DNA of 64,000 bases, taken from contig CAYONI010000001.1 of the NCBI GenBank assembly GCA_964405295.1, positions 106,422-170,421 on the forward strand, written 5' to 3'. This DNA comes from an uncultured Methanosarcinales archaeon (GTDB lineage Archaea; Nanobdellota; Nanobdellia; Woesearchaeales; CAYZNE01). Positions 28,723 through 38,929 of the stretch are shown here, in pieces. A model generated the notes under the pieces. That model was not told the DNA's origin and ran no database searches. It saw nothing but the letters and a program-made list of their open reading frames with translations. Every line of letters begins with the position of its first letter. Within the stretch, counting starts at the first letter, position 1. A program made the position numbers and the translations under genes.

Positions 28723-31700
28723 ATGGATTTGGGAAAATACGGGGCAGAAACACATAAATATATCTTGGAATTTTGGAAGAATAAAGAAATTTATCCTAAA
28801 TCTAAAATTATTTTTAAAAAATCTGAAAATGGAAAACCCTTCTACTTTCTACAAGGTCCACCATATACTTCTGGCACATTTCACATGGGTCACGCATGGA
28901 ATAATTCTATGAAAGATTTCATAATTAGGTACAAGCGAATGCAGGGTTTCGAAGTTTGGGATCGTGGAGGTTATGATATGCATGGGCTTCCGACTGCAAA
29001 AGCTGTTCAGAAATTACACAATCTTAAAACAAAAAAAGATATTGAAAAGTTTGGATTTGAACACTTTGCTAAAGAGTGTATAAAATTATCAACTGGTTTT
29101 GCAAAACAAATGAGTAAGGATTTATGGGATATGGGTATCTGGATGGATCATGAAAATGCGTATAAGCCTATTGAACAAGATTACATTGATGGTGTTTGGT
29201 TTCTCATAAAAACTGCGCATGAAAAAAAGAGGTTGTATGAAGGTCTTAGAACAACAACTTGGTGTAGGGATTGTGGAACTGCACTTGCTAAACATGAACA
29301 GGAATATATACAATTAATTGATAAAAGTATTTATGTTAAATTTCAAAGTCAAGATGATGAGAATCTATATTATATTATTTGGACTACAACTCCCTGGACT
29401 ATAACTTTTAATCTTGGAATAATGGTTCATCCAGAATTTGAATACAATAAAGTAGAAGTTAATATTAATAGCAAAAAAGAATTCTGGATAATTGCTAAAG
29501 AGTTAGTAGAAACTGTTATGAAAAAAACAGAGTTAGAGTATAAAGTTGTTGATACTTTTGTTGGTAAAAACCTTGAAGGAAAAAAGTATAATCATTTCTG
29601 GTCTAAAGATATAAAAGATTTGGCAGATATTGATGCTAAATATGAAAAAGCTCATTCAATTTTGTTAAGTAATAAATTTGTTACTCTGGATTCTGGAACC
29701 GGTCTTGTTCACACTGCACCTGGATGTGGTCCTGAAGATTACGAGATAGGCCACAGAAACGGTTTGCCCCCATTTAATACTATTGACGAGCAGGGAAAAT
29801 TTATTGAGGGTTATTCAGATTTTGTTGGTTTAATTGCAAAGGTTGACGACAAAAAGTTTATTGAGGCAATGGAAAAAATTAATGCAATTATTGCTAAAGA
29901 AGATTATGTTCATGATTATGCAACTTGTGAGAGATGTCATACCCCTGTTGTTTTTAGAACAACTAAGCAATGGTTTTTCAAAGTTGAAGATCTTAAACCA
30001 AGAATGCTTGAGTTTCATAAAAAAACAAATTGGGTTCCTGAAACAGGGGGAAATTCATTTGCCTCTTGGCTTGAAAACCTTAGAGATAATTCTATTACTA
30101 AACAAAGATTTTGGGGAACTCCACTTCCTATCTGGAGATGTGATAAGTGTGGCCAAATAGAGGTTATTGGCAGTCGAGAAGAACTAGAAACAAAAACAGA
30201 TGTTCTTCCTGAAGATCTCCATAAACCTTGGATTGATTCAATTAAGTGGAAGTGTAGAAAGTGTTCTTCTGGAACAATGGAAAGACTTCCAGATATTCTT
30301 GATGTATGGATTGATGCAGGTGCTGCATCTTGGAATTCTTTATATTATCCTAAAACAAAAGAAAATTTTGATAAGTTTTTCCCTGCAGATTTTATTCTTG
30401 AAGGGAGGGAACAGGTTCGTGGATGGTTTAATCTTTTGATGGTTACTTCAACAATTGCATTTGATAAGTGTCCTCTTAAGGCATGTTATATGCATGGTAT
30501 GTTAACTGACGTTGACGGTGTGAAAATGTCTAAATCTATTGGTAATGTTATTAAGCCTGAAGAATTAACAGATAAGTATGGTGCAGACACTTTAAGATTT
30601 TATATGCCAAGAACTAAGGCCGGTCAAGATATTAATTTTTCTTGGTTAGAAGCTGAACTTGCTTATAAGAATTTGATGATTCTTTGGAATGTTCATAAAT
30701 TAATAATTAATTATGCAGATGAAATTGGTGAAACACCCTCTTTGGTTGTTGATGGGGAGTTAGGTATATCTGCTAAATATATTATGAGCCGTTTGCATTC
30801 AACTATTAAATCTGTTACAGGGAAGTTTGATAAATATTATCTTGATCAGATTCCTAAAGAAATTGAAGAATTATTCTTGGAGTTATCTAGAACTTATATT
30901 CAGTTAAATAGAGAATCTATGGCTCTTGGCTCTGGATCTGATAAGAAAAAAATCTTAGATGTTTTATTTACTGTTCTTTATGAAATTGTAAAGATGTTAA
31001 ATCCTATTTGTCCTTTTATTTCAGAAAAAATATATCAAAATTTTGTTGAGAAAGATTTTGTTAAGGAAGAATCTATTAATTTAGAATTTTGGTCTAAGTT
31101 CGATGAAAAATTTATTGATGTTGAATTCGAGAAAGAGTTTTCTCTTGCAATGACTGTTGTTGAAGCAGGTCTTAATACTAGAGATAAAGCACAGATTGGT
31201 GTTCGATGGCCACTAATGAATCTAATGGTTGATACTGATAAAAAAGAGATCATTGAGAAGTTTCAGGATATAATAAAAACTCAGCTTAATATTAAAAATA
31301 TTAAGTTTGCTACACCTGAGTTTAATATTAAGGTTAAAGTTAATTACAGGGCATTTGGTGTGAAGTTTGGTACTGAAACAGGTGATGTTCTTTCTATGAT
31401 TAAAGGCAAAGAAGAAGAAATTGCCAAAGTTTTCCAGTTGGGTAAAGATTATTCAATTGATTTAGGTAAAGAACCACTGGTTTTACCTAAGGAGTTATTT
31501 GAAATTACAAAAGTTTGTGAAACACATGAAGTTGCAAAATCTAAACTTGGTGAGGTTTACCTTGATAAAACTCCAAGTAAAGAACTTGAGTCAGAAGGAT
31601 TTTCTAGAGAGATAACTAGAAGAATTCAATCTTTAAGGAAAAGGGTAGATATGCAAAAATCAGATAGAATTGAATTGTTTTTGCAATTACCAGGTGATCT

Positions 31701-31842
31701 GAATATTAAAGAATTTGAAGATAATCTTAAGATAAAGGTCGGTGCAGATATAATTAATTATTCTGCAACTAAGAGTTGTGAGTTTAAATCTGATGAAAAA
31801 ATTAAGGGTAAACTTATTAGTATTGGGTTTAATAAAAAGTAA
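28723..31842 (+). CDS. ileS: Isoleucyl-tRNA synthetase.
   Basis: HIGH motif HMGHAWN. KMSKS motif KMSKSIGN. An editing-domain region is present. Length 1039 aa. Confidence 0.9.
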   Translation: MDLGKYGAETHKYILEFWKNKEIYPKSKIIFKKSENGKPFYFLQGPPYTSGTFHMGHAWNNSMKDFIIRYKRMQGFEVWDRGGYDMHGLPTAKAVQKLHNLKTKKDIEKFGFEHFAKECIKLSTGFAKQMSKDLWDMGIWMDHENAYKPIEQDYIDGVWFLIKTAHEKKRLYEGLRTTTWCRDCGTALAKHEQEYIQLIDKSIYVKFQSQDDENLYYIIWTTTPWTITFNLGIMVHPEFEYNKVEVNINSKKEFWIIAKELVETVMKKTELEYKVVDTFVGKNLEGKKYNHFWSKDIKDLADIDAKYEKAHSILLSNKFVTLDSGTGLVHTAPGCGPEDYEIGHRNGLPPFNTIDEQGKFIEGYSDFVGLIAKVDDKKFIEAMEKINAIIAKEDYVHDYATCERCHTPVVFRTTKQWFFKVEDLKPRMLEFHKKTNWVPETGGNSFASWLENLRDNSITKQRFWGTPLPIWRCDKCGQIEVIGSREELETKTDVLPEDLHKPWIDSIKWKCRKCSSGTMERLPDILDVWIDAGAASWNSLYYPKTKENFDKFFPADFILEGREQVRGWFNLLMVTSTIAFDKCPLKACYMHGMLTDVDGVKMSKSIGNVIKPEELTDKYGADTLRFYMPRTKAGQDINFSWLEAELAYKNLMILWNVHKLIINYADEIGETPSLVVDGELGISAKYIMSRLHSTIKSVTGKFDKYYLDQIPKEIEELFLELSRTYIQLNRESMALGSGSDKKKILDVLFTVLYEIVKMLNPICPFISEKIYQNFVEKDFVKEESINLEFWSKFDEKFIDVEFEKEFSLAMTVVEAGLNTRDKAQIGVRWPLMNLMVDTDKKEIIEKFQDIIKTQLNIKNIKFATPEFNIKVKVNYRAFGVKFGTETGDVLSMIKGKEEEIAKVFQLGKDYSIDLGKEPLVLPKELFEITKVCETHEVAKSKLGEVYLDKTPSKELESEGFSREITRRIQSLRKRVDMQKSDRIELFLQLPGDLNIKEFEDNLKIKVGADIINYSATKSCEFKSDEKIKGKLISIGFNKK

Positions 31843-31860
31843 AATTTGGTAATAGGTAAA

Positions 31861-32019
31861 AATGACTAAAATAAAAAAAGCATTATCAATATTATTAATT
31901 ATTCTTCTAGTTGCAAACATTGTATTACTTGCATTGAGAAAGATTGAAGTTTTATTTTTCTGGATAGTAATAATTGTGATTGCAGCATTGGTTCATTGGG
32001 GTTTGCCTAGAATAAAGTA
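31861..32019 (+). CDS. Small membrane protein, 52 aa (MTKIKKALSILLIILLVANIVLLALRKIEVLFFWIVIIVIAALVHWGLPRIK).
   Basis: Two hydrophobic helices. Read by hand; it is below the track cutoff. Confidence 0.3.
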
Positions 32020-32020
32020 A

Positions 32021-32767
32021 TTATTTTTTCTTCTTTTTCTTAAACAAAGAAAATTTCTTTTTTACTTTGGTTTTTTTAGCTTTTTTAACAGGTTTCACTT
32101 TTTTTGGCTTTTTGGCTTTAACTGCTTTATTCAACTTTTTTGTTTTTTTTACTTCTTTCTTTTTTGGTGAAACTTTTTTCACAACTTTCTTTTTTACTTC
32201 TGCTTTCTTAGGTTTAGATTCTTCAGTTTCTTCTTTTTTTGATTTTTTTGGTTTTCTTGAAAGAACATTTGCTTCAATCTCTTTTTCAAATTTTTCAATA
32301 CGTTTTGTTAAGAATTCTTTAGTTCTTTGATTATCTTGCTGGTTCATAATTTCGCCACAATCAGGACATTTAAAGTTAAGTTCAAATGCAGTGTCAAAAT
32401 TCATTCTTGTACAGGCGTTTCTGCACATATAAAAGTCATCTGTTGTTTCTTGATTAAGTCTTTCTTTTAGTTTATCTACCTTTATTTTCTTTATTTTCTT
32501 TGCAATATAGGGTATTTCTGGGATGTTTAGTGACCAATAACAAATATACCATCCTTTAACTTTATCTTTTTTTCTTATAAATATTACTATATTATCTTCT
32601 AGTAATTTGTAGAATATCTTCCTAACCCGGTGTATTTCAATATCCAAATCTTTTGCTATTACAAATTCTGAAATATTTTCTTTGCCAATTAGGTATAATG
32701 CGATAGGAAGAGCTTCAGGGCCAAATGTTTCGTTGATGACATACTCAATCTCTTTTTTTGTAGCCAT
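32021..32767 (-). CDS. tfe: Transcription factor E (TFIIE-alpha homologue) with a ~70-aa lysine-rich C-terminal tail.
   Basis: N-terminal winged helix (ALPIALYLIGKENISEFVIAKDLDIEIHRVRKIFYKL). Zinc ribbon CRNAC...CPDCGEIM. A tail of KKxxKK repeats. Confidence 0.7.
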   Translation of the reverse strand: MATKKEIEYVINETFGPEALPIALYLIGKENISEFVIAKDLDIEIHRVRKIFYKLLEDNIVIFIRKKDKVKGWYICYWSLNIPEIPYIAKKIKKIKVDKLKERLNQETTDDFYMCRNACTRMNFDTAFELNFKCPDCGEIMNQQDNQRTKEFLTKRIEKFEKEIEANVLSRKPKKSKKEETEESKPKKAEVKKKVVKKVSPKKKEVKKTKKLNKAVKAKKPKKVKPVKKAKKTKVKKKFSLFKKKKKK

Positions 32768-32982
32768 TTTGTTTTTTAGGTTAGTTTATTGGGTTTTGGA
32801 TTTTTAAACTTTGCGTTTGTTTTAAAAAGACCTTGTTATTACTTTTGAGTTTCAAAGTTTATATAGTTTTCTATTGTTTAGTATATACTATTTATAAATG
32901 GTGGCGTGAATTTCCCTATTTTGATTATTTTTGATTAATAGAATCACTGAAAATCAACAATAATTCATAAGTGTAATTTAAA

Positions 32983-33056
32983 TGGGCCCGCCCAGATTTG
33001 AACTGGGGACATCCACCAAGTCAGGGTGGCGTCATACCGGACTAGACCACGAGCCC
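32983..33056 (-). tRNA. tRNA-Val (anticodon GAC).
   Basis: Reverse complement GGGCTCG...CGGGCCCA. Anticodon stem CCACC/GGTGG with loop CTGACTT. T-arm CCCAG-TTCAAAT-CTGGG. Confidence 0.65.
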
Positions 33057-33078
33057 GTTTGCTTTTTAAATTCGCTTC

Positions 33079-33090
33079 GATATATAAATC
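33079..33090 (+). promoter_or_regulatory. TATA-like element (cgatatataaat) upstream of the hydrogenase operon.
   Basis: AT-rich TATA consensus 50-100 bp upstream of the first hydrogenase gene. Confidence 0.3.
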
Positions 33091-33139
33091 TATTCAAAAG
33101 CTTTATAAAACTCATACAGCAATATCTCTATTAAAGGGT

Positions 33140-33583
33140 GTGAGAGTGGAAAACAACAGTATTCTATCAAAAGAATCATCTGAATTGCTATTAATGCGAT
33201 TAAAGAAGATACAAGAAAAAGATAGTTACATCTCTGAGCAAGCTGTAAAAGCTCTTTCTAAAGAACTAAACATATCAGGCATCCAAATATACGAAGTTAT
33301 AACCTTTTATTCGTTTCTTAGTCACAAGGCTAAAGGAAAATATGTAATTAGGGTTTGTCATTCACCTTCATGCTATCTTAAGGGATCAACCAATATCTTC
33401 GAAGAATTAGAAAAGATTCTTGGGATTAAAGTTGGGGAAATAACAAAAGACGGTAAATTCTCAATCGAATACACTTCTTGCATAGGTTGTTGCAATGAGT
33501 CACCTGCTATTTTGATTAATAATATCCCTCATACTAAGCTAACTACTGAAAAACTAGCTAAAATATTAAAAAAATGCAAGTAA
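33140..33583 (+). CDS. HydC/NuoE-like thioredoxin-fold [2Fe-2S] subunit (24-kDa subunit family).
   Basis: Cys ligands in VCHSPSC ... TSCIGCC. The track ORF start at 33026 would overlap tRNA-Val, so an internal start is preferred: GTG at 33140 or 33146, or ATG at 33194. Confidence 0.65.
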   Translation: MRVENNSILSKESSELLLMRLKKIQEKDSYISEQAVKALSKELNISGIQIYEVITFYSFLSHKAKGKYVIRVCHSPSCYLKGSTNIFEELEKILGIKVGEITKDGKFSIEYTSCIGCCNESPAILINNIPHTKLTTEKLAKILKKCK

Positions 33584-34683
33584 TTAAAAAAACTAAATTC
33601 AAATCATTTGAAACTGCAGTTAGATTTAAGCCAGAAGAATTAATAGAAACAATAAAAGATTCTGGGCTTCATGGCAGAGGCGGTGCTAATTTTCTTACTG
33701 CACTCAAGCTAGATTTTTCTAGAAAAGCTGAAAAAGAAAAAGTTCTTATCTGTAATGCAGATGAAGGAGAACCTGGAACTTTCAAAGACAAATTTATTAT
33801 AACAGAAAACCCTGCACTCTTAATTGAAGGAATTGCTATTGCTTCATATATTATTGGTGCTAAAAGGGCTTATATTTATCTTAGGGCAGAATATGAATAT
33901 TTAAAAGAAAGTTTAGATAAAACTATTGCAAAATATAAAAAACAACTTTCTAAAATTAATTTGCAACTTGATGTTTTCATGGGTGAAGGAGCTTATGTAT
34001 GTGGAGATGAAACAGCTATTATGAACTCCATTGAGGGGAAAAGAGGTGAACCTCGACATAAGCCGCCTTATCCAGCTGAATATGGGGTTTTTGGTTATTC
34101 AACTTGTATTGATAATGTTGAAACTCTAAGTAATATTCCTTTGATAATTAAAGGAAAATGGAAGCATTTGAGATTGTTTTCTTTATCAGGGGATATTGAG
34201 AACCCTGGTGTTTACGAATTACAATTTGGAACTACGCTTGGAGATCTAATTAAACATTGCCATTTCAAAAGAACAGTTAAAGCAATATTTTTTGGTTGTG
34301 CAGGTGGCTGCATTCCTTTTGATCCTTCAACAGTTTTAGATGCAGAGCATATTAAAGAATTAGATGCAATGCTTGGCTCATGCACAATGATATTTGTTGA
34401 TACAAGTAGAAGTATTGTTGATATTTGTAAAAATATTGCAGAGTTCTTTGTTCATGAAAGTTGTGGGCACTGCACACCTTGTCGAGAAGGTAATTATAGA
34501 GTTTTAGAATTATTAAATAAATTAGTTGATGGGAAAGGTTCAATTGAAGATATTGAAATGCTTGAAGAACTTGCAGTTTTTATGAACGCAACTTCATTTT
34601 GTGGTCTAGGCCAAACAGCAGGTAACCATATTTTAACTGCACTTAAATATTTTAGAGAGGAGTTTGAAGAATTATGCAAATAG
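33574..34683 (+). CDS. HydB/NuoF-like NADH-binding flavoprotein subunit (51-kDa family), compact 369-aa form.
   Basis: GRGGANF. FMN-binding motif GEPGTFKDK. 4Fe-4S motif ESCGHCTPCREG. 10-nt overlap with the upstream gene. Confidence 0.8.
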   Translation: MQVIKKTKFKSFETAVRFKPEELIETIKDSGLHGRGGANFLTALKLDFSRKAEKEKVLICNADEGEPGTFKDKFIITENPALLIEGIAIASYIIGAKRAYIYLRAEYEYLKESLDKTIAKYKKQLSKINLQLDVFMGEGAYVCGDETAIMNSIEGKRGEPRHKPPYPAEYGVFGYSTCIDNVETLSNIPLIIKGKWKHLRLFSLSGDIENPGVYELQFGTTLGDLIKHCHFKRTVKAIFFGCAGGCIPFDPSTVLDAEHIKELDAMLGSCTMIFVDTSRSIVDICKNIAEFFVHESCGHCTPCREGNYRVLELLNKLVDGKGSIEDIEMLEELAVFMNATSFCGLGQTAGNHILTALKYFREEFEELCK

Positions 34684-36371
34684 AAATTAACGGTAAGAGG
34701 TATGGTGTAGAGGAAGGTAAAAGTATTTTGCAAGTTTGTGAAGAAAATAATATTTATATTCCTCATCTATGTTATCATCCTGATTTAGAACCTCAAGCTA
34801 AGTGTAGATTATGTTTAGTTGAGATTAATGGCAAGATAGATACTTCATGTAACAATAAAGTTAGGAAAGGCTTAATTATTAAAACAGACACTCCTGAAAT
34901 TATCAAGTTTAGAAAACTTAATTTAGAATTATTATTAGCAAACAAAAAAGAATTATTAGAAGAAGATAATGAAGTTTCAGAATTAGCTCGTAAGTTTGGA
35001 GTTACAACAGAACCTTTATTCAAAAAAAAAGAATTAAGAAAAGTTGCATTTTGCACATCTTTATGTAGAGACAATAGTAAATGTATTCATTGTGGTAAAT
35101 GTGTTCAGAAGTGTAGAGAAATTCAAGGTGTTGACGCTATAGGTATAGGCGGTCGAAGCCACGAAACACAGGTAACGTCTGTTTTTGATGAAACCATTGG
35201 TGATGTTGCATGTACATTCTGTGGTCAATGCACTAATGTTTGCCCAACAGGTGCAATAAAAGAACATGATTACACAGAAGAAGTTAAGAATGCAATAAGA
35301 GATTCAAATAAAATAGTTCTTGTTCAAACAGCACCTGCTACTCGTGCTACTGTAGGTGAAACCCAGGGAATGCCTCCAGGATCATTAGTTACAGGAAAAA
35401 TGGTTGCAGGATTAAGAAGACTTGGTTTTAATAAGGTTCTAGATACTAATTTTGGTGCAGATTTAACTATAATGGAAGAAGGAATAGAATTAATTGGTCG
35501 TATACAAAATAAAGGAATCTTTCCAATGATCACTTCTTGTTGCCCTGGATGGGTAAAATTTATTGAACATTTTTTCCCAGAACAATTAGAACATCTAAGT
35601 TCTTGTAAAAGCCCCCATCAAATGTTTGGTGCAATAGCTAAAACATATTATGCTAAAAAAAATAATTTTGATCCTAAAAACATAGTTGTGGTTAGCATAA
35701 TGCCTTGCACAGCTAAAAAGTTTGAAGCAGAAAGACCAGAAATGAAAAATCTTGGTCTAAAAGATGTTGATTATGTTCTTACAACAAGAGAATTAGGAAA
35801 CTGGTTGAATTCTGAAAACATAAAATTATCAGAGTTAGCTGATGAAGATTATGATCCCATAATGGGTTTGAGTACAGGGGCAGGAGCAGTATTTGGTGCA
35901 ACAGGAGGAGTAATGGAAGCTGCTTTGCGAACAGTAGCAGATGTTCTCGAAAGAAAAGATTTAGACAAAATAGATTACCATGAAGTTAGAGGAATGCAAG
36001 GAATAAGAGAAGCATCACTTAAAATTGCAGGAATGGATATCAATGTTGCAATTGCACATGACTTAAAGAATGCTAGAAAGATTATGCAAGACGTAAAAGA
36101 TGGTAAAAGTAAATATCACTTCATTGAAATAATGGCATGCCCTGGTGGCTGCATTGGAGGAGGTGGACAACCAATTCCAACAACAAAAGAAATAATAAAG
36201 AAAAGAGCTTCTGCAATTTATCACCAAGATAAAATACTTCCTATCCGTAAATCACATAAAAACCCAGAGATAAATACATTATATAAAGAATTCTTAGGCA
36301 AACCAGGTTCTGAAATTGCACATAAAATGCTACACACTTCTTACACGAAACGGAATAAGTGGGGAAATTAG
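34674..36371 (+). CDS. hydA: [FeFe]-hydrogenase catalytic subunit HydA of the multidomain M3 type.
   Basis: N-terminal 2Fe-2S (CYHPDLEPQAKCRLC). Two ferredoxin-type clusters (CIHCGKCVQKC; CTFCGQCTNVCPTGA). H-cluster motifs L1 TSCCPGW, L2 MPCTAKKFE and L3 EIMACPGGCIGGGGQP. Confidence 0.85.
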   Translation: MQIEINGKRYGVEEGKSILQVCEENNIYIPHLCYHPDLEPQAKCRLCLVEINGKIDTSCNNKVRKGLIIKTDTPEIIKFRKLNLELLLANKKELLEEDNEVSELARKFGVTTEPLFKKKELRKVAFCTSLCRDNSKCIHCGKCVQKCREIQGVDAIGIGGRSHETQVTSVFDETIGDVACTFCGQCTNVCPTGAIKEHDYTEEVKNAIRDSNKIVLVQTAPATRATVGETQGMPPGSLVTGKMVAGLRRLGFNKVLDTNFGADLTIMEEGIELIGRIQNKGIFPMITSCCPGWVKFIEHFFPEQLEHLSSCKSPHQMFGAIAKTYYAKKNNFDPKNIVVVSIMPCTAKKFEAERPEMKNLGLKDVDYVLTTRELGNWLNSENIKLSELADEDYDPIMGLSTGAGAVFGATGGVMEAALRTVADVLERKDLDKIDYHEVRGMQGIREASLKIAGMDINVAIAHDLKNARKIMQDVKDGKSKYHFIEIMACPGGCIGGGGQPIPTTKEIIKKRASAIYHQDKILPIRKSHKNPEINTLYKEFLGKPGSEIAHKMLHTSYTKRNKWGN

Positions 36372-36432
36372 AAGATAGTTTTATATATTTCAGGTTCATT
36401 CTATATAATATTATATTTATTAGGGGGTTATA

Positions 36433-36699
36433 ATGGTAAGAAAAACAACTAAAAGAGCAAATAAGAAAGTAAAAGAGACTATTGAAGTTAAAATTAAGAA
36501 AGGTGTTGATCGTAAGTTTAAGAGTTGTTATTCTCATAAACACAGTGGCGGATGTTTTTACTTTCTAGGTTTTCTTGGTGCATTAATATACTTTATATCT
36601 ACAGCAACAGGTTTCTGGGGCGTAGTTTTAGGAGTTTTGAAGTCTATTGTTTGGCCAGTATTTATTATTCATGGACTACTTAAGTTTCTAGGATTGTAA
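36433..36699 (+). CDS. Small protein with a basic N-terminus and two TM helices, 88 aa.
   Basis: ORF preceded by the Shine-Dalgarno GGGGGT. Confidence 0.35.
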   Translation: MVRKTTKRANKKVKETIEVKIKKGVDRKFKSCYSHKHSGGCFYFLGFLGALIYFISTATGFWGVVLGVLKSIVWPVFIIHGLLKFLGL

Positions 36700-36803
36700 T
36701 TCCGTTTTTCTTTTTATTTTATTTTTTATTTTTCTCCAAAACCTTTATATATAAATAACATAAATTCCTACATATAACTATATTATGTTTATGAGGTGCA
36801 ATC

Positions 36804-37781
36804 ATGCAAGAATTTATGCAGTCAATTAAAGCAAAAGCAAAAGCTGACAAAAAAACAATCGTATTTCCAGAATCACAAGATGAAAGAATTCTAAAAGCTA
36901 CAGATGAAATTTTAAAACAGGGAATTGCAAACATTATTCTTCTAGGTAATGAAGAAACAATAAAATCTAAAGCAAATGAGTTAAATATTAACCTGGATGT
37001 AGCAAGAATTATAGATCCAAACTCTTTCGAAAAGTTTGACGAATACGCAAACACTTATTTTGAACTAAGAAAACATAAAGGGATAACCTTAGAACAAGCA
37101 AAAGAAGCTTTAATGCACACAACTTATTTTGGAACTATGTTGGTTCATATGAATGAAGCTGATGGTCTAGTTTCAGGTGCAACACATACTACTGCAGAAA
37201 CAATAAGGCCTGCACTACAAATTATTAAGACAAAAGAGGAGTATCACAAAGTATCTTCTTTCTTTTTTATGCAATTAAAAGATAAAATATTTATTTTCGC
37301 AGATTGTGCAGTTATCATTAATCCTGACGCAGAAGAATTAGCTCATATAGCTATAGATTCAGCGAGAAATGCAAAGAAATTTGGTATAGATCCAAGGGTT
37401 GCAATGCTTTCTTTTTCAACTAAGGGTTCTGCAAAGCACGAATTAGTAGATAAAGTAACAACTGCACTAAAACTTGCAAGAGAATTACAGCCTGATTTAA
37501 TTATTGACGGTGAAATGCAAGTTGATGCAGCAATAGTTCCTGCTATTTGTGAAAAGAAATGCAAAGATTGCTATTTACATGGTGATGCTAATGTTTTAAT
37601 TTTTCCAGACTTACAGAGTGGAAATATTGCATATAAGTTAGTTGAAAGATTAGCTAGAGCAAATGCAATTGGCCCAATTATGCAGGGATTTAACAAACCA
37701 ATAAACGACCTTTCAAGAGGTTGTGATGTGGATGATGTTATTGATGTTACTGCAATAACGGTTGTTGAGGCACAGAAATGA
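36804..37781 (+). CDS. pta: Phosphate acetyltransferase (phosphotransacetylase), short ~325-aa form.
   Basis: Length and pattern typical of Pta (…GLVSGA.HTTA…RP.L…; C-terminal …DLSRG…). GAGGTG Shine-Dalgarno. ATGA overlap with ackA. Confidence 0.8.
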   Translation: MQEFMQSIKAKAKADKKTIVFPESQDERILKATDEILKQGIANIILLGNEETIKSKANELNINLDVARIIDPNSFEKFDEYANTYFELRKHKGITLEQAKEALMHTTYFGTMLVHMNEADGLVSGATHTTAETIRPALQIIKTKEEYHKVSSFFFMQLKDKIFIFADCAVIINPDAEELAHIAIDSARNAKKFGIDPRVAMLSFSTKGSAKHELVDKVTTALKLARELQPDLIIDGEMQVDAAIVPAICEKKCKDCYLHGDANVLIFPDLQSGNIAYKLVERLARANAIGPIMQGFNKPINDLSRGCDVDDVIDVTAITVVEAQK

Positions 37782-38929
37782 ATATTTTAGTTCTAAACTC
37801 AGGAAGTTCTTCTTTAAAATATCAATTAATTAATATGAATACCAATAAGCCTATTCTGAAAGGCCATATTGATGGTATTGGTTTAAAGACTTGTAAAATT
37901 GACTTTGCAAGTAAAAAAGGAAACCTAAGTAAAGAATTAAAAATAAAAAATCATAAAGCTGCAGTTAAGTTAGCAATTGAATCTTTAGAAGGATATAAAA
38001 TTAAAGCAATTGGTCATAGAGTTGTTCATGGTGGAGAACTTTACAGTGATGCAACCCTAATAGATAAAAAGGTAATACAGGCAATAGATAAGTTGAGCGA
38101 GTTAGCTCCTCTACACAATCCCCCTAATCTTGCAGGAATTAAAGCTTGCAAAAAACTTTTTCCTAATCTTACTCAGGTTGCAGTTTTTGATACTGCATTT
38201 CACCAAACTATTCCTGAAAAAGCTTACCTATACGGTATTCCATTAGAATACTATAAAAAATATGGAATAAGAAAATATGGTTTTCATGGAACATCTCATA
38301 AATATGTTATGCTTGAAGCTCAAAAACATTTTCATAAAAAGAAATATATTAATGTGATTACTTGTCATCTTGGTAATGGCGCTAGTATTGCTGCTATTGA
38401 AAAAAATAAGTCTGTTGATACTTCTATGGGGTTTACTCCTCTACCAGGTTTAATTATGGGAACTCGTTCTGGTGATATTGATCCTGCAATTGTATCATTT
38501 TTAATGACAAATCTAAAAAAGAAATCTGGTGATGTTATTCAAATACTAAATAAGCAATCTGGTTTACTGGGTATTTCTGGTTATTCTGATATGAGAACAA
38601 TTCATAAAAAAGCTTCAAAGAATAAGTTTTGTCGTATAGCATTGGATATGTTTGTATACAGGGTTGTTCAGTATATTGGAAGTTATTTTGCTGTTCTTAA
38701 AAAGGTTGATGCAATTGTTTTCACAGCGGGATTAGGTGAAGAAGCTTATTATGTTAGAGAAAAAGTTTGTAAATCTCTTGTTAATTTTGGTGTAATACTT
38801 AATAAAACTAAAAATAAGAAAAATGCAAGAGTAATTTCATCAGCCAAGTCTGATGTAAAAGTCTTAGTGATTTCTACAAATGAAGAGTTGATGATTGCCA
38901 AGGAAACTTTAGAAATAATAAAAAACTAA
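37778..38929 (+). CDS. ackA: Acetate kinase.
   Basis: N-terminal motif MNILVLNSGSSSLKYQL. Internal motifs HRVVHGG and VTCHLGNGASI. Confidence 0.85.
   Translation: MNILVLNSGSSSLKYQLINMNTNKPILKGHIDGIGLKTCKIDFASKKGNLSKELKIKNHKAAVKLAIESLEGYKIKAIGHRVVHGGELYSDATLIDKKVIQAIDKLSELAPLHNPPNLAGIKACKKLFPNLTQVAVFDTAFHQTIPEKAYLYGIPLEYYKKYGIRKYGFHGTSHKYVMLEAQKHFHKKKYINVITCHLGNGASIAAIEKNKSVDTSMGFTPLPGLIMGTRSGDIDPAIVSFLMTNLKKKSGDVIQILNKQSGLLGISGYSDMRTIHKKASKNKFCRIALDMFVYRVVQYIGSYFAVLKKVDAIVFTAGLGEEAYYVREKVCKSLVNFGVILNKTKNKKNARVISSAKSDVKVLVISTNEELMIAKETLEIIKN

Noticed and set aside
33026-33193. Long N-terminal extension of the NuoE-like ORF called from 33026.
   Set aside because: The extension overlaps tRNA-Val on the opposite strand and carries the TATA-like promoter sequence. 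An internal start (33140-33194) is far more plausible.
33574-36371. Interpreting the NuoE/NuoF/HydA-like genes as respiratory complex I subunits.
   Set aside because: The third gene carries all three [FeFe]-hydrogenase H-cluster motifs, and no other nuo genes are present. The trio is a soluble hydrogenase, not complex I.
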